A DNA stretch of 64,000 nucleotides from the human T2T-CHM13v2.0 reference genome, Homo sapiens, in the NCBI RefSeq assembly GCF_009914755.1, contig NC_060944.1. One strand, given 5' to 3'. Below are positions 1 through 12,311 of the stretch, one piece after another. How positions within the stretch are numbered: position 1 is the first letter of the stretch; each line of letters opens with the position of its first letter. A program made the translations under genes and the position numbers. Below the pieces are notes generated by a model that saw only the letters and a program-made list of their open reading frames with translations, did not search any database and was not told where the DNA came from.

Positions 1-779
1 CTCACCACTGTTGGTCAAGGGACATCCCACAGCTTCTTAGTTCCTCCCACATTGCTGGGCTGCTCGTGCATGACGGCCAAGCATGTTCCCTTGGGTGTCC
101 CACCCAGCTGTAGTGGAGAAGCCCCGGGTCAGCTCAGCACTGGCTGGAGGAAGAGATCTGCTCAAGAGGTTTTTGAAGTGGTGTCCCAAATGTGTCTAAC
201 ACATTCATCTTTAATGTGAGGGGGGTGTCTCCACTTCAAAGGGACACTGCAAGGATTGGGCTGAATTCCATATCTAGGTAACAAGGCACCCAGGGTTGGT
301 GTTCTGAGGTCCTGGGAAGGATAGGGGGTGGAGGAGACCTGGCCCCCCTACTCCAGTGTGGGGCTAAAGGAGGGGGAAGCTGGAAAGGGAGCTGAGCTGG
401 CAGAGGCTCTGCCATGTTGCTTCTCCAGGGCTGGGCAGAGGCCCAAGCAAGACAGTGGGAAGGACAGCAGGTTCCAGGACACAGGGAGGAAGGGGGCCTG
501 GAGGGATTTCCCTGGGCCTGGAATGCAAGGATGAGGTTCCTAATAGGTGCCGTGGCCTTGTTCCTGTGAGAAGAAGGAAACTGATGAGGCCACCGAATGG
601 AGCAGAAAAGGTGCAGTGAAAATCCTTACCGCCTCCTGCCCTGCAGCCTCTGCATAGTCACAGGGGTGACTATTTTACATCACCCCTGATCACCCACTGT
701 GGTCCAGCCTTGATCCTTCTCAAGGTTATGAAATAATTTGCTAGCAGCCCTTGCTTTTCAAGTATATTACAGGCTAGAC

Positions 780-1517
780 TAGGGGTTCTTAATTTAGGGT
801 CCTGCAGATACAGTGTAAAAGGGTCAATAAAACTTAGTTGAAAAAAATGACATCTATACGTTGCTCTAAATTAAATTGAGCACTACCTTCAGTTATGGAT
901 TTAGGCAACAAACCACAGAGCTGAGTCTTTGTCACCAGCAGAAGCCACAGATATTTTCACATCACATGACAGTTATAGATATTTTGAAAGCTCATTTATA
1001 CTTCAAGATTGCAGTAATTATTAGGCCCTCTGTTAGATATCTTGGTATGTAGTGTATTAAGGAAGAAACACATAAATTCTCTCTCTCCTTTTTTTTTTTT
1101 TCTGAGACGGAGTCTTGCTCTGTCACCCAGGCTGGAGCGCAATGGGCGTGATCTCAGATTTTCCTGCCTCAGTTACCTGAGTAGCTGGGATTACAGGTGC
1201 CCGCTACCTTGCCCACCTAATTTTTGTATTTTTAGTAGAGACGAGGTTTCACCATGTTGGTCAGGCTGGTCTTGAACTCCTGACCTCAGGTGAGCCACCC
1301 GTCTCGGCCTCCCAAAGTGTCGGGATTACAGGCGTGAGCCACCGTGCCTGGCCTAAAGCATATATATTCTTATATTACACATTTTAAAATATTTTGATAA
1401 CAATATTTCAATGTAATTGGCTTCCTTTGTAATCTGATATATTTTATTTTATGCATTTAAAAATATTCTTAGAGGGAGTCTATAAGGTTAACAATACAAA
1501 AAGTGCAAGAATCCCTG
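780..1517. mobile_element. hAT-Charlie family DNA transposon relic (interrupted by an Alu)
   Basis: Ends resemble Charlie TIRs (AGGGGTTCTTAA ... AAGAATCCCTG) with CTAG-containing flanks; AT-rich interior. Confidence 0.55.
1089..1353 (-). mobile_element. AluS with internal deletion
   Basis: Poly-T then GAGACGGAGTCTTGCTC...GGATTACAGGCGTGAGCCACC; the GCTCACTGCAACCTCC...TCAAGC segment is missing. Confidence 0.9.
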
Positions 1518-2099
1518 CACTAGATCAGGAATGGCCAGTACTGACCTGCCTGTGCTTATGGCAGACATTATGAATCAATCATGGCAGTCTTTCTAGCAGA
1601 TGCCAGATGCTCTCTAGGCATTTTCTACTAACTTGTCTGCGGAGACATATGAGGTCAAATTTAGCTGCCCTTCCTGGTCTATAATGAACCAATGCAGGAT
1701 AAAACAAGGCAGGATAAAGATATGATTAAGTGCTTCTTTGGCAAGCACAGCAAATTAGAGCAAAGTTTGAGACTAAGTGTGTCAAAGGAGTTGGAACAAG
1801 AAACCCTTCACAGTGAGGTAGACCCACAGTCAGGGATTTAAAGACATGATTTTGAGAGGTGGAGGAAGGAGGGTGATGGTATTCAGGGTAGGGGCAGGGG
1901 CAATGAGAGGAGGAAAGACTTATATAAACAAAGGTTTGAGGATGGAAAGAACAAGAGATTTCAGGGGACGTTGTGGCAACCAGGTTTCGGAGAAGTTGTG
2001 GGAAATGAAACTGAGAGAGCAACTTCTTTAGGAAGGTTTGAATATGAAGAATTTTGCCTCAGAAGTCCTTAAGAGGACTTCTGTGAATAGAGGACAAAG

Positions 2100-2640
2100 G
2101 GTGTACCAGTTTGCTTTTACCGTGCAACAAGCCATCTCAAAATTTAGTAATTTAATACCACAACCATTTATTATTTCTTACTCATTTATGGGCCTGCTGG
2201 GTGGTCCTTCTGGTCTGGGCTGGCTTAGCTGATCATGGAATTTCCTCATGCATCTGCAGTCAGCTGATTGGCAGGGGGTGGAGGGGCTGGTGGATTCAGG
2301 ACAGCCTCATCATATGGTTGGTTGGCCTGACTGTTGGCTGGGCCAATGGGGGTGCCTGGGCCACATGGTTTCTCATCCTCCAGAAAGCTAGCCTGGGCTT
2401 ACTTACATGGTGGCAAGACAGATTTCCAAGAGAAGAGGAAATGCATATGGCATCTTGAAGCCTAGGCTCAGAATGGGCAATTCTACCACTTCACTTCTAC
2501 CGTATTTGAACTGCCAAAGCAACTCATGAGGCCAGCCTAGATTCGAGGAGTAGGAGAATAGACTGTGCCTTTTGATGGGAGAAGATACAAAGTCACACTG
2601 CAAAGGGTGTGGTTACAGGAAGAGGAATCACTGTGGCCCA
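2100..2640 (-). mobile_element. MLT1 (MaLR) LTR
   Basis: CAAAATTTAGT..TTAA..CAACCATTTATTATTTC start and TACAAAGTCACACTGCAAAGGGTGTGG end, typical of reverse MLT1F/G/H. Confidence 0.7.
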
Positions 2641-2644
2641 CCTC

Positions 2645-2862
2645 CTTTTTTTTTAAGAGACAAGGTCTCACTCCCAGACTGGAGCACGTGGCATAATCAT
2701 AGCTCACTGCAGCCTCAAACTTCTGGGCTCAAGTGATCCTCCCACTCCAGCCTCCTGAGTAGCTGGGACTGTAGGCATACCACCATGCCCCAGCTAACTT
2801 TTTAATTTTTATTTTTGTAGAGTGGGGTCTTGCCGTGTTGCCCAGGCTGGCCTTGAACTCTG
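2645..2862 (-). mobile_element. Old Alu (AluJ, partial)
   Basis: ATCATAGCTCACTGCAGCCTC..CTGGGCTCAAGTGATCCTCC. Confidence 0.85.
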
Positions 2863-4050
2863 GGGATTGGGGCCACTTTTGTAATTAGTCTATCCTGGAG
2901 GGTTTGAGGGCAGCTGTGGAACATGAAATACTAGGAGAAAAGCCCCAGGGACAGGGGGGCTGGTTGGGAAACAATGACAGTAGTGTTTGGGAAGATAGGG
3001 ATAGGATGTTTGCCCAGACTCTGAGATGGGGTAGGCCTGAGGTGGCGAACAATAGAGGGGATGGGGAGGAAATAGGTCTCTGAATTTGGGGCCTGTGGGC
3101 CAGGCAAGGAACATAACCATTCGCAGAACTGGAGATGTCAGCAGGCGGCTGATGGGATCAAGGCCTGTCTGATGTGGAGTCCTGCACTGAGAAGGCCTTG
3201 AGGCCTTGGCAGACGGCAGCCCAGGTGTGCACCTGAGTCCAGAGGCCTCTGCTACCTACAGGCTGAAAGGTCTTGTGAAGCCCATTAGCATTTCCTGCAC
3301 TCACTAAGTGTTCTGCTATGCAGAGTAGGGGTAGGAATGCGAACCTTGCAGGGCTGGGAGGGAGTGAAATAGGGCTCACTGTGGCGAAGCATTTTGTAAA
3401 CTCTTTTGGACTGTACACTTTTTAGTGGTTTTATGGTTTTGTTTTAAATTGAAGAGACATTAGCCACACAGATGAGGGACCTAGGAGGAAATGTGAAGGG
3501 AGAAGAGGAGGACCTGGGGTTCTGTTTGTGGGAGAGGCTGCAACTGTTAGGAGGCCGTGGGAATAGAAGGATCCAGAAACAGAGAGGGCTTGGCTTGTAC
3601 AGAGTCCCTCCGGCTTGAGGCATGGGGAGTTCAGGACAGCAGCAGTGGGGGGCATTCAGTCATGACTGGCTCTGTGCTTGCCCAGTCCTTGGGGTCAGAG
3701 AGTTGGGAGTCGGGTGGTGGGAAAATTAGTCTCCCTGCCTAGTCCTCCAATTGCAAAGTCCTGGGTGGTCTGGACCGACGTCAGTGCAGCTCCCCACTCC
3801 TCCCTCGCTCCTCCTTCTTGCTGCTCTGAAAAGTCCAGCAGAGTCACTGCTTCCAGATGTGGCCTCCAGATGTGGCCTGGAGTTTTTCCAGAGGATCAAG
3901 GATGCAGAGGCAGCAGCCCAGCTCCTGGCCTTTCTTTCTCCCTCCTTCTCCAATGGGGCCTGCCCATTGCTACCCCTCTGCTGACTTCTCTTCCACCACT
4001 AGGTCAGGTACCAGGTACCCAGAGGTCCTGGCAGATAGATAAATACCATT

Positions 4051-4380
4051 TATAAATAAACCTGAGCCAGACACATACATCTTTATTCGTGTTGGAAAGA
4101 GTTTACATCTGGGGGAGTGGAGACCTCTCCAATGTTTCCGTTCTGAGCAGTCCCAGCGGCTCCAGAAGGAGGAAGTGAGCTGTCTCCTTGGCTGGGGACC
4201 CGCCAGGGCACTGGGCTTCGGGCCAGCCAGGGCCTGGGAGGAGCTGCTGGAAACCTGCCCCTTAATGGGAACAGCCTGGGCCCTGATGTCTCACCGGGAC
4301 AGAGCCCCAGTTAGGGGGGAAAGGCAGCTGTTTTATTAGTAGCAGACCATGGAAACCAGGTGGAGCTGCTACAAGTGAGT
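4051..4380 (+). promoter_or_regulatory. Candidate TATA promoter / first exon (TATAAATA, Kozak ATG, GTGAGT donor)
   Basis: TATAAATA 4051-4058; GACCATGG with ATG at 4349; CAA|GTGAGT with GT at 4375; sequence looks non-repetitive. Confidence 0.25.
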
Positions 4381-4429
4381 TCTCTGGTTGCCTGGATCGG
4401 TGTGTCACAGTTAGTAACGCCTGCGCTAA

Positions 4430-4560
4430 TTCCCTGGGGCTCTTGTTAAAAATGCAGATTTTGACTCAGTTTATCTGGAGTAGGGCCTGGGGTTCTACAT
4501 TTCTAACTAGTTTTCAGGTGATTCTGATGCTGCTGGTCTGTGGACTACATTTTGAGTAGG
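4430..4560. mobile_element. MER5A-like hAT MITE
   Basis: CTTGTTAAAAATGCAGATT...CAGGTGATTCTGATGCTGCTGGTC...ACATTTTGAG. Confidence 0.75.
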
Positions 4561-4689
4561 AAGGTTCTAGACTGGACGTCTAAAACATGCCTCTACTTTC
4601 CTCTATTTTTTTGTGTGTGTACGTTTCTGTATTTTTTTTGTACACATTTTGTATTTTCTGTAGCTTTTCCTGTTTTTTTTCCCCAGTCT

Positions 4690-5320
4690 GTTTTTAATTC
4701 AAAAAGTACCAAAGAGTAGGTAGTGAAAAGTCTCCTCATATCCCTGCCCCCAGCAACCCAGCCATCCCTTCCCATGGCCAGCCAGTGTTGTTGTTTTTTT
4801 GTGTACATCCTTTAAGAGATATTTTATGAATATACAGGCAAATATATAGTTCCTCTTCTGTCTCCCTGCCCTGTTTTGGTTATTATCTGATGTGTACTAG
4901 TACACATCTTTCTTTATTATGCAACGTACCTTGGAGATTGCACTGGCTCCTTCTTTTTTTTTTTTTTTTTTTAATTTTTCAGATATTTTTCAGTGATGGA
5001 TTTCTTTTTTAAAGTTGCACAGTTTTATTATACACCACAACTTACCAAGCAGATTCCTTGTTGATGAATACTTGGTTTTGTCCAACCTTTTGCTCTTGTG
5101 CAGTACATACATTAATCACTTGGCAAAGGCCTACAAGTGGAAATGCAGGGTCAAAGAGTCTGTGCATTTGTAATTTTGATGAATATTGCCAAACTTACCT
5201 CCCCAGAGAGGTTGTGCTAACAACATGTGAGAGAGAGCCTATTTCCTGTGCTCTCCCAACACCGTGTGTTAACAAACTTTTTTATCTTTGCCAGTCTCAT
5301 ATGTGAAAAACGGTAACTGC
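4690..5320 (-). mobile_element. Old L1 (L1ME-like) 3' fragment
   Basis: AAGTGGAAATGCAGGGTCAAAGAG..GCATTTGTAATTTTGATG..ATTGCCAAA, reverse L1M 3' end motif. Confidence 0.65.
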
Positions 5321-5556
5321 TGTTTTTGAAACTCTCTCTTCCTTCAGCTTCCATGACTCTCTTCAACAATATATTTGTCAGAGGGTCACTGCATTCGTCT
5401 TCTCTGGGCCAGCCAACTTATCAGCACTGGGGTTCCGAAGAAGACCAACACTAATAATCCTTGCTCTTGCCTCTGGAAGGGAAGACAAAAAAATTAATTT
5501 GTTAATGATGACCAATGAATGGGATGAGAGCTATGATAAGGGGGTGACTTCTTAAG

Positions 5557-5920
5557 GCAGCACTTCTTACACCTCAATGTGCACACACATCAACTGAGGA
5601 CCTTGTAAAAATGCAGACTCCGAATCAGCAGGTCTCGTTGTGGGTCTGAGATTCTGTGGTTCCAACGAGCTCCCAGGTGAAGAAGTTGCTGTTGGTCCCA
5701 GGACTACATTTTGGGTACCTAAAACAAGGGCTGGCAAACTTTTTCTGAAAAGGACAAGAGAGTGGATATTTTAGGTGTCATGGGCCACATGTGGGTCTCT
5801 GGTGCAGTTATTCAACTCTGCCTTTGAAAGCAACTGTACGATATGTAAATGAATGGGTGTGGTTGTGTTCCAATATAATTTTATTTACAAAACAGCTGGC
5901 TGTGTTTGCTGACCCTTGGC
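5557..5920. mobile_element. MER5 followed by MER58-like hAT elements
   Basis: CCTTGTAAAAATGCAGACTCC..GAATCAGCAGGTC; then GGGCTGGCAAACTTTTTCTG...GTGTTCCAAT..TTTATTTACAAAA. Confidence 0.7.
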
Positions 5921-6646
5921 CATAGGCATCCAATAAATAACCTATTGAAGCAATGAGTGAAGGATGTCATTGGGCAGTAGTAGGGGCCTGAGCTAATCTA
6001 GGGGTCAGGGGATACCTGAAAAAAAGGCATATTTGTCAGAGTCCTACGGGGAAAACAAAAGCCAAAAGCCAATGTTTAAAGAGGGGTAATGACACGCAGG
6101 GAATGGGTTACGTGGGTAATGGAAGAGCTGAGAAGTTACTTAGATGCAACCCAGAGATTAGCAACAGCAGGAAGCTGTTACCAATCACCCTGGGTAGGAT
6201 GAGGAGAGCGGTGAGGAGCTCTCAGATCACCACCCGCTAGGACTGGAACCATGGTGGATGTACCTACTGGGAGCTTGGAGCCCTGGATAGACCCAGCTAG
6301 GGTCAGAGACTCTTGGAAGAATCTCATTTCTTCCTGCTGTTTCATCTTCCACCTTTTGGTCAAAATCAGCTGTCATCCAGTCTATACAGGAACCTGCGGG
6401 GGCCAACCTCTGCCCTCTAGCTCAGAGCAGGGGCAGTCAAAGCATGATGTGAGGCCAATAAGCCTAGGCCTAAGGGATATTTAGAGTGACTGTGAAAGTG
6501 TAGGTAGTTGACCAGGCATACCAGGGAGGGAGGGAGGGTGTATCAGACACAGAGGACAGGCTTAGGGTGTGTAGGGGTGAATGGTGTGGGATGAGGCTGG
6601 TAGGGAGGCCACTCCTTTAAGCAGGATGAGATTTATGCTTTAGAAC

Positions 6647-6795
6647 AGAGGCTGGCAAACATCTCTGTCACACAGTTTTCTTTGTTTTGTTTAAAAACAA
6701 ATGTAAAAACTGTAAAAACCATTCATGGCACATAGGCTACACAAAAACAGGCCACAGGCAGTGTTTGGTTCATGGGCTGTAGTTTGCCAGCCTGG
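6647..6795. mobile_element. MER58-like hAT element
   Basis: GGCTGGCAAAC ... GTAGTTTGCCAGCC terminal inverted repeats. Confidence 0.7.
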
Positions 6796-7488
6796 TTTTG
6801 AAAGATCCACTTTAGAGGGATGTATTGGAACAGACAAGAGGCTGAGAGAGGCAGAAGGGCTGGAGAGGAGACTGCTGGAGCTACCAGGTGGGAGACGATG
6901 AGAGCCCAGTTGTTGGTCATCATAGTGGACAGAAGGGAGGGACTTAGAATTGTAGAATGCACAGGACACAGAATTAGCTGGTCTCAACAAAAGGTCTAAG
7001 CCTGGTCTGGAGGGATGTGCAATTGGGCACATTGACTATTCCTCTGATTAGCTCGGAATCCCTTCATCCCTTGCTTCAGGGAGACAGAGGGAAATCCTGT
7101 CATCCTGGAGAATGAAATTCACTATGGCCCGCCTTTCCCCTCCCCAGTCCTCTCTTTGGGTGGAATGCATGGAGGAGCAGGTTGCACTGCCTCTCACTAA
7201 AGGAGGAGTTGGGCACTCAGCTGTTGGTGACTCACATGTTGCTCATTCTAGAATATGGGTCCCAAGCATCTCCTGACCTCAGTTTCAGGCCTTGGCTGCC
7301 ATTCCAGGACAACAGAAGAAGTCCCACCAACATCCTCTGACACTTTCTTGTGGAGTTTCCTGTGGGTCCAGAGTAGAGATAAGGGCTGGGAAGACCCTCA
7401 CCCAGCCCTGGGCTCAAACACCTGCTGGTAGCCTCTGCCATCATCCCGATCACACACGGGCTAATGGTGTTGCGACAGGGCTGGGATG

Positions 7489-7900
7489 ATGTCTTAGTTT
7501 GGACTGCCCTGGAGGCAGACCGTGAGACAAGGCTTTGAACACAAGTAGTTCTGTGAAATGGGGAAGGAAGGCAGCCCACAAGGGGTGTATTATCAAGCTA
7601 GTTACCACTGTGGGCAACTGGAGTTTAGTCTTGCGGGGGAAATCTGGGCATCAGAGTAGAACACGTGCCCCAGAGTGAGGGAGCTGGGGTATTTATCCAT
7701 CAACTCCTGTGAGTTATAGCTAGAAGAAGGGCTCTGCTAAGGGTTGTTAATTCCCTGGCACTTCCAGCATGCTGCCTGGCCTTCTGCAGTTTAGGAAAGA
7801 AAGCTCTCAGGTGCAGACATGCAGATTCACAGGTGGAAGGCAGCGGGAGCTCCCTGAGGTGGTGAGGCCTCAAGGAGTGAGCAGGATGCCTATAGGATCC
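7489..7900 (-). mobile_element. ERVL LTR (LTR16-like)
   Basis: TGTCTTAGTTTGG..GCAGACCGTGAGACAAGG..TTGAACACAAGTAGTT signature. Confidence 0.55.
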
Positions 7901-8689
7901 ACTATCAATGGTTATCATCTCCACTTGACAGATGGGGGAACTGAGAAGCAAAGTGACAGTCCCAAATCACACTGCAGTTTGTGACAATGAGGGGCTGGAG
8001 CTCAGAGCATGTGGGTCCAGGGTCTTCCACTATTTTTTATGCCGTTGTTATGAATCTTCTGGGCATAAGAGGACCTGCCCTTGGTATCTCATAGGCTGAC
8101 TCTGGTTGCCCTACATGCCTGCCTGCTACATTGTCTCCCCTGATGACCCCCACTTCCTGGGTCTACCCAGAGTCCAGAGCCCAAAGCCATACCTGCAGGA
8201 AGGGAAGCCTGCAGGACATGCACATGTGGCAAGGCTTGGCTTCTTACCAAGTGTAAGACTATGTAAGACTCGCAGAGCATGGGGAGGAGGGTAAGCAGGA
8301 GACAGGGTGGGGTGGGGAGCTGGGAGGTGGCCAACTTGTCAAGCTGTGTGGGAGGAAGGCGTGCTGAGCAGAGGTAGACAGAACAGGACTGAGCCAGCAT
8401 GGAGGGCAGTCCAGAGGACCGAAAGGTGGGCTGGGCAAGTCTGAGCCCCCTGCCCCTTGCATGGTTAGTTGTGACATGGGACTGTTTGCATAGCTGGGAG
8501 CAGATGTCTCAGGCCTCAGCACTGAAGGCTGTGTGTGTTCATCTAGGAATTACTTATGGGGGCCCCGTATGTCCCAGCTAGAGTGTCAACAATCTTGGGG
8601 GACACGTGGGAGAATTAGACATTTGGTTGCTCTCAGAACCTGTTGGGTCCTGTAGGGGGAATAAAACGCTTCCTCCAGCCTATAGGGTT

Positions 8690-8985
8690 TTTCATTTTTT
8701 TGCCCAGAGATAAGGTCTTGTTCTGTTACCCAGGCTGGAGTGCAGGATCCTATCTCACTGCAGCCTCAGCTCTAGGGTTCAGGTGATCCTACCGCCTCAG
8801 CCTCCCGAGTAGCTGGGACTACAGGCATGCACCACCACACTTAATTTTTAAATTTTTTTTTGTGGAGACTGGGAGTCTCACTATGTTGCCCAGGCTGGTC
8901 TCAAACTCCTGGCCTCAAGTGATCTTCCCACCTCAGCCTTCCACAATGCTGGTATTAGAGTTTCCAGAGCCACCATGCCAAGCCT
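8690..8985 (-). mobile_element. AluJ
   Basis: Dimeric Alu with J-type CTCACTGCAGCCTC / CTGGCCTCAAGTGATC. Confidence 0.85.
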
Positions 8986-9264
8986 CCATTCTACATTGAG
9001 TCCTGAGTTGGATGGTAGAAAAGAGCACAGCCTCAGGAAGCCCCTAGTTTGAGGGCAAAGACATACTCTCAAATCCAGTTGTGAGGTTCCCCCCTTTCTG
9101 CTCACAGAGTCGTGGAAACAGTTTTCTTCCCAGTCTTTGATACCAAAAAGGAGGTGGAGATGACTGGGAATTCCACCTGGCTGGCCCAGCAGAAGCTCGA
9201 TGCTCAAAGGTGGACACCAAGAGCTGCAGGTTACCCTGCCCACACCCACCCATTCCTAAAGCCA

Positions 9265-10197
9265 GCCTGTGGTCGCTCATGAGCAGAGGTGACTGTGTTA
9301 GTCCCCTCCTTGTGCCCTCATGCTTTGCAATGTGACTTTGCCATTCCTCCCATCAGGAGGTGGAGTGTGTTCCCCACCCCTTGAATCTGGGCTGGTGTAT
9401 TAGTCAGTGTTCTCCAGAGAAACAGAACCAACAGGATGTGTATATATATAGAAGGACATTTATTTTAAGGAATTGGCTCATGTAATCATGGAGGCTTGGT
9501 AAGTCCAAAATTTGCAGAGTAGGCTGGCAGGCTGGAGATTCAAGGAAGAGTTGTCATTTCAGTCCAAAGGCATTCAGCTGGAGAATTCCTTCTTGTTGGG
9601 GGGAGATCAGTCTTTGTTCTCTGTAGGCTGTCAACTGATTGGAAGAGGCCCAACCACCTAATAGAGGGTCATCTATTTTACTCAAAGGTCCCCAATTGAA
9701 CTGTTAACTGCATTAAAAAAAATAAAGAAAGAAAAAGCACCTTCACAGAAATATCCAGAATAATGTTTGATCAAATACCTGGGCACTATGGCCCAGCTAA
9801 GATGACAACATTAACCATCATGGCTGGCCTGTCACTTGCTTTGGGCCATAGAATGTGCTGACAGTAAAGCTGTTGAGTCCTGCGCCTAGGCCTCAAGGGG
9901 CCTTGCTCAAATCCATTTGCTTTCATGGAATTCTGCCAAGCCATCAGGCAGACGATCTTGATTTGAAGGATGGGAGACTCTGTGGAACAGAGATGAGATG
10001 TACCAGCTGACTCCAGTTCCCAGCCAACCTGGCAGCTGACTGCATATGCCCAAAGGGAGCTCAGCTGAGATCAAACTGCCCAGGAGAGCATGGCCCAAAT
10101 TGCTGACCTGAAGAACTGTGAGCTAAATCAATAGTTGTTGTTTTAGGCCACTAAGTTTTGGCATGTTTTGTTACACAGCAAGAGCTAACTGATACAC
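9265..10197 (+). mobile_element. MLT1 LTR split by an MLT2 insertion
   Basis: GCAATGTGACTTTGCC..CTCCCATCAGGAGGTGGAG; end TTGTTACACAGCAAGAGCTAACTGATACA. Confidence 0.75.
9396..9822 (-). mobile_element. MLT2 (ERVL) LTR with 5-bp TSD GCTGG
   Basis: TGTATTAGTCAGTGTTCTCCAGAGAAACAGAACC...TTAACCATCA; GCTGG at 9391-9395 and 9823-9827. Confidence 0.85.
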
Positions 10198-10664
10198 AGT
10201 CTAACTTCTGCAGTGCTCCCAAGACAGGTATCCTAACAGCCTGCTACTCAGCTGATGGAGAAAACACAGGCAAATGTAGGGGCAACTTGCAGCTACCATA
10301 GGCTCTGTGGGTGTCTGCATCCATTGATGGTATACATGCAGACACTCTTCTACCTTGATATTTAAATGTAGCTCTGCCAAACCCACTCTGGCCTGCCAAG
10401 CTCCCACAATACTGTGCCAGAGCAGAGGAGGGGCTGATGGCTGGCAACTGGGAAGGCTATGTGCTGGAGGTAGAGGGAAGCCAAGGGCTGGATCCTGGAG
10501 GCTGCTGCAGTAGGCCCAGGGGAGTTGCAGGGATGGATCATAGGATGGAGGACGGGAAAAGAACTTGGGAGGCAGCAAACCTGGGTCAACTTCTGCTTCT
10601 GTTGCTCATCAGGCCTGTGTCGTGGGACAAATCACTTCACCTTTCAGAGCTTCCATTTTTCCAA

Positions 10665-10830
10665 GGGTAGAGTTAGGTTTTATGGGGCCTGAGGCTGATA
10701 CAATTTGGGAGCCCTCCTCAAGCAGAAGAATAAAAACTATGATTACGAAATTGCAGGGCTTTGGAAGGGGCCCATGCAAGTGAGCTTAAGCTGCATTGGC
10801 TTTGCAGTAAATTGCTTCTGGCTTCTCCAC
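10665..10830. mobile_element. MER63-like hAT element
   Basis: AGGTTTTATGGGGCCTGAGGCT.ATACAATTTGGG.GCCCTC...GGGCCCATGCAAGTGAG. Confidence 0.55.
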
Positions 10831-11179
10831 TAGAAAAAATAGTAGACTTAATACTGATGGAACAGAATGGTTTTGAAGGTCAAATACATTCACCATACAT
10901 AGTGGGAGTCCTGGGGGTGGAATCTGGCAGGAAGGCAGCTTTGCAGTGGGGAAAGGGCTCAGGCGGTGGCTGGTGGGTGGGCTCCTGGGGGAGAGAAGGG
11001 TGGAATGAGGAGTGTAGTGGAGAAACACAGAGGGGTGTCTGTTCTCTCATCGGGTCTCCATGTAACTGCCCCCAGGGCACACAGAGAGGGTTGTAGGCAG
11101 AAGCAGGAGCTGATTTCACGAGATTCTGAGGCCGAAGCAAGGTTGGGACAGGGTTCCAGACACAAACTTGGGAAGAAGG

Positions 11180-11530
11180 GTATGTTTTCTTCTCTAGAGT
11201 GAAAGGCTGAGCTGAGGATTCTTGAGCAGGTGATTTATTGAGCGAGTACTCTTAGAGAGACATAAGAGGGAGGGAATGAAGCAGGCCAGGACAGGGAAGA
11301 TGCTAAGCATGAATGTGGTCTCAGCTGGGGTCTGACTTCAGCCTGATCCAGGGGAAGCTCTGGAGTGTGGATCGGCCACAGAGCTGTCCCCCGTTGGGGT
11401 AAGCAGGACAGATTTTTTTGCACCTCTGTGTCAATTACTTTTTGGGGGAGATCTTAGCAATAGCTGGTGGGTGGGTGCAGTGGCCAAGGAGAGGAATCTG
11501 GGCAGGGCACCAACAGAATCCGTTACAAGG
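11180..11530 (-). mobile_element. ERVL LTR (LTR16/LTR33-like) fragment
   Basis: GGATTCTTGAGCAGGTGATTTATTGAG...CAGCCTGATCCAGGGGAAGCTCTGGAG. Confidence 0.5.
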
Positions 11531-12263
11531 GTCCTTCTCCCATTTCTGCATGATACGCAGACCTACTACGGTCTCAGGTTGCCAACTTGGAGGCTATAGG
11601 GGGAGAACAGATGGAATTTAGGAGGGTCCATAGTGCTGGTCATCAGGGCACTCTGGCAGGGGCAGTGGTGAGGTACTGCCCCCAAGTGGCTTCTAAGGCC
11701 ATAGCTCTCTAGGAGGGGACCCGTGCTAAGCAGATGTAAGATATCCCAGTTATTCAGAAATAACTGGGATAAATCGAGGGGCCCTGGAGCACCCTTAGTC
11801 TGTGGACGGGGGCAAAAGCCCATAAAGTGTGTTTTCCCTGTTAATGCCACCTCATTTGTGTCCATAGGATGGAGAAACCTGGAGGAGCTCGGGGCACATA
11901 TGGGAACAGCCTTTGTTGACTCTAAAGTGTAGGATGATTTCCAAGGCCATGTACCTGATCAGCTGGAGGTAGTTCCCATCCTGTGGAAGACATGCATCCC
12001 AACCTGGCTATGGCCCATTGATCGGTTCATGAAGAAGGGAGACCAGGCAGGAGGGGATGGCAGTTTGGTGCAACTGGGGTCCTGCAGCCTGCCATGTCCT
12101 AGAATAAGAGGCAATGATATTTATCTTTGCTGAGATGAGTTGCAGAAAAAAAGCACTTAAAACTTGCCTATGGTGTCAGTGTGAAACGGTACAAGAAGGA
12201 GGGAATCGTTGGGGGCCATATTGGCTGATGACCACAGGGGTTAATGCAGCCATGCCTCCTCTG

Positions 12264-12265
<2 letters not shown>

Positions 12266-12307
<42 letters not shown>
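12266..12307. repeat. (AC)21 microsatellite
   Basis: Perfect dinucleotide run. Confidence 0.98.

Positions 12308-12311
<4 letters not shown>

Noticed and set aside
12216-12224. CCATATTGG as a CArG box
   Set aside because: Only five A/T bases; SRF needs CC(A/T)6GG
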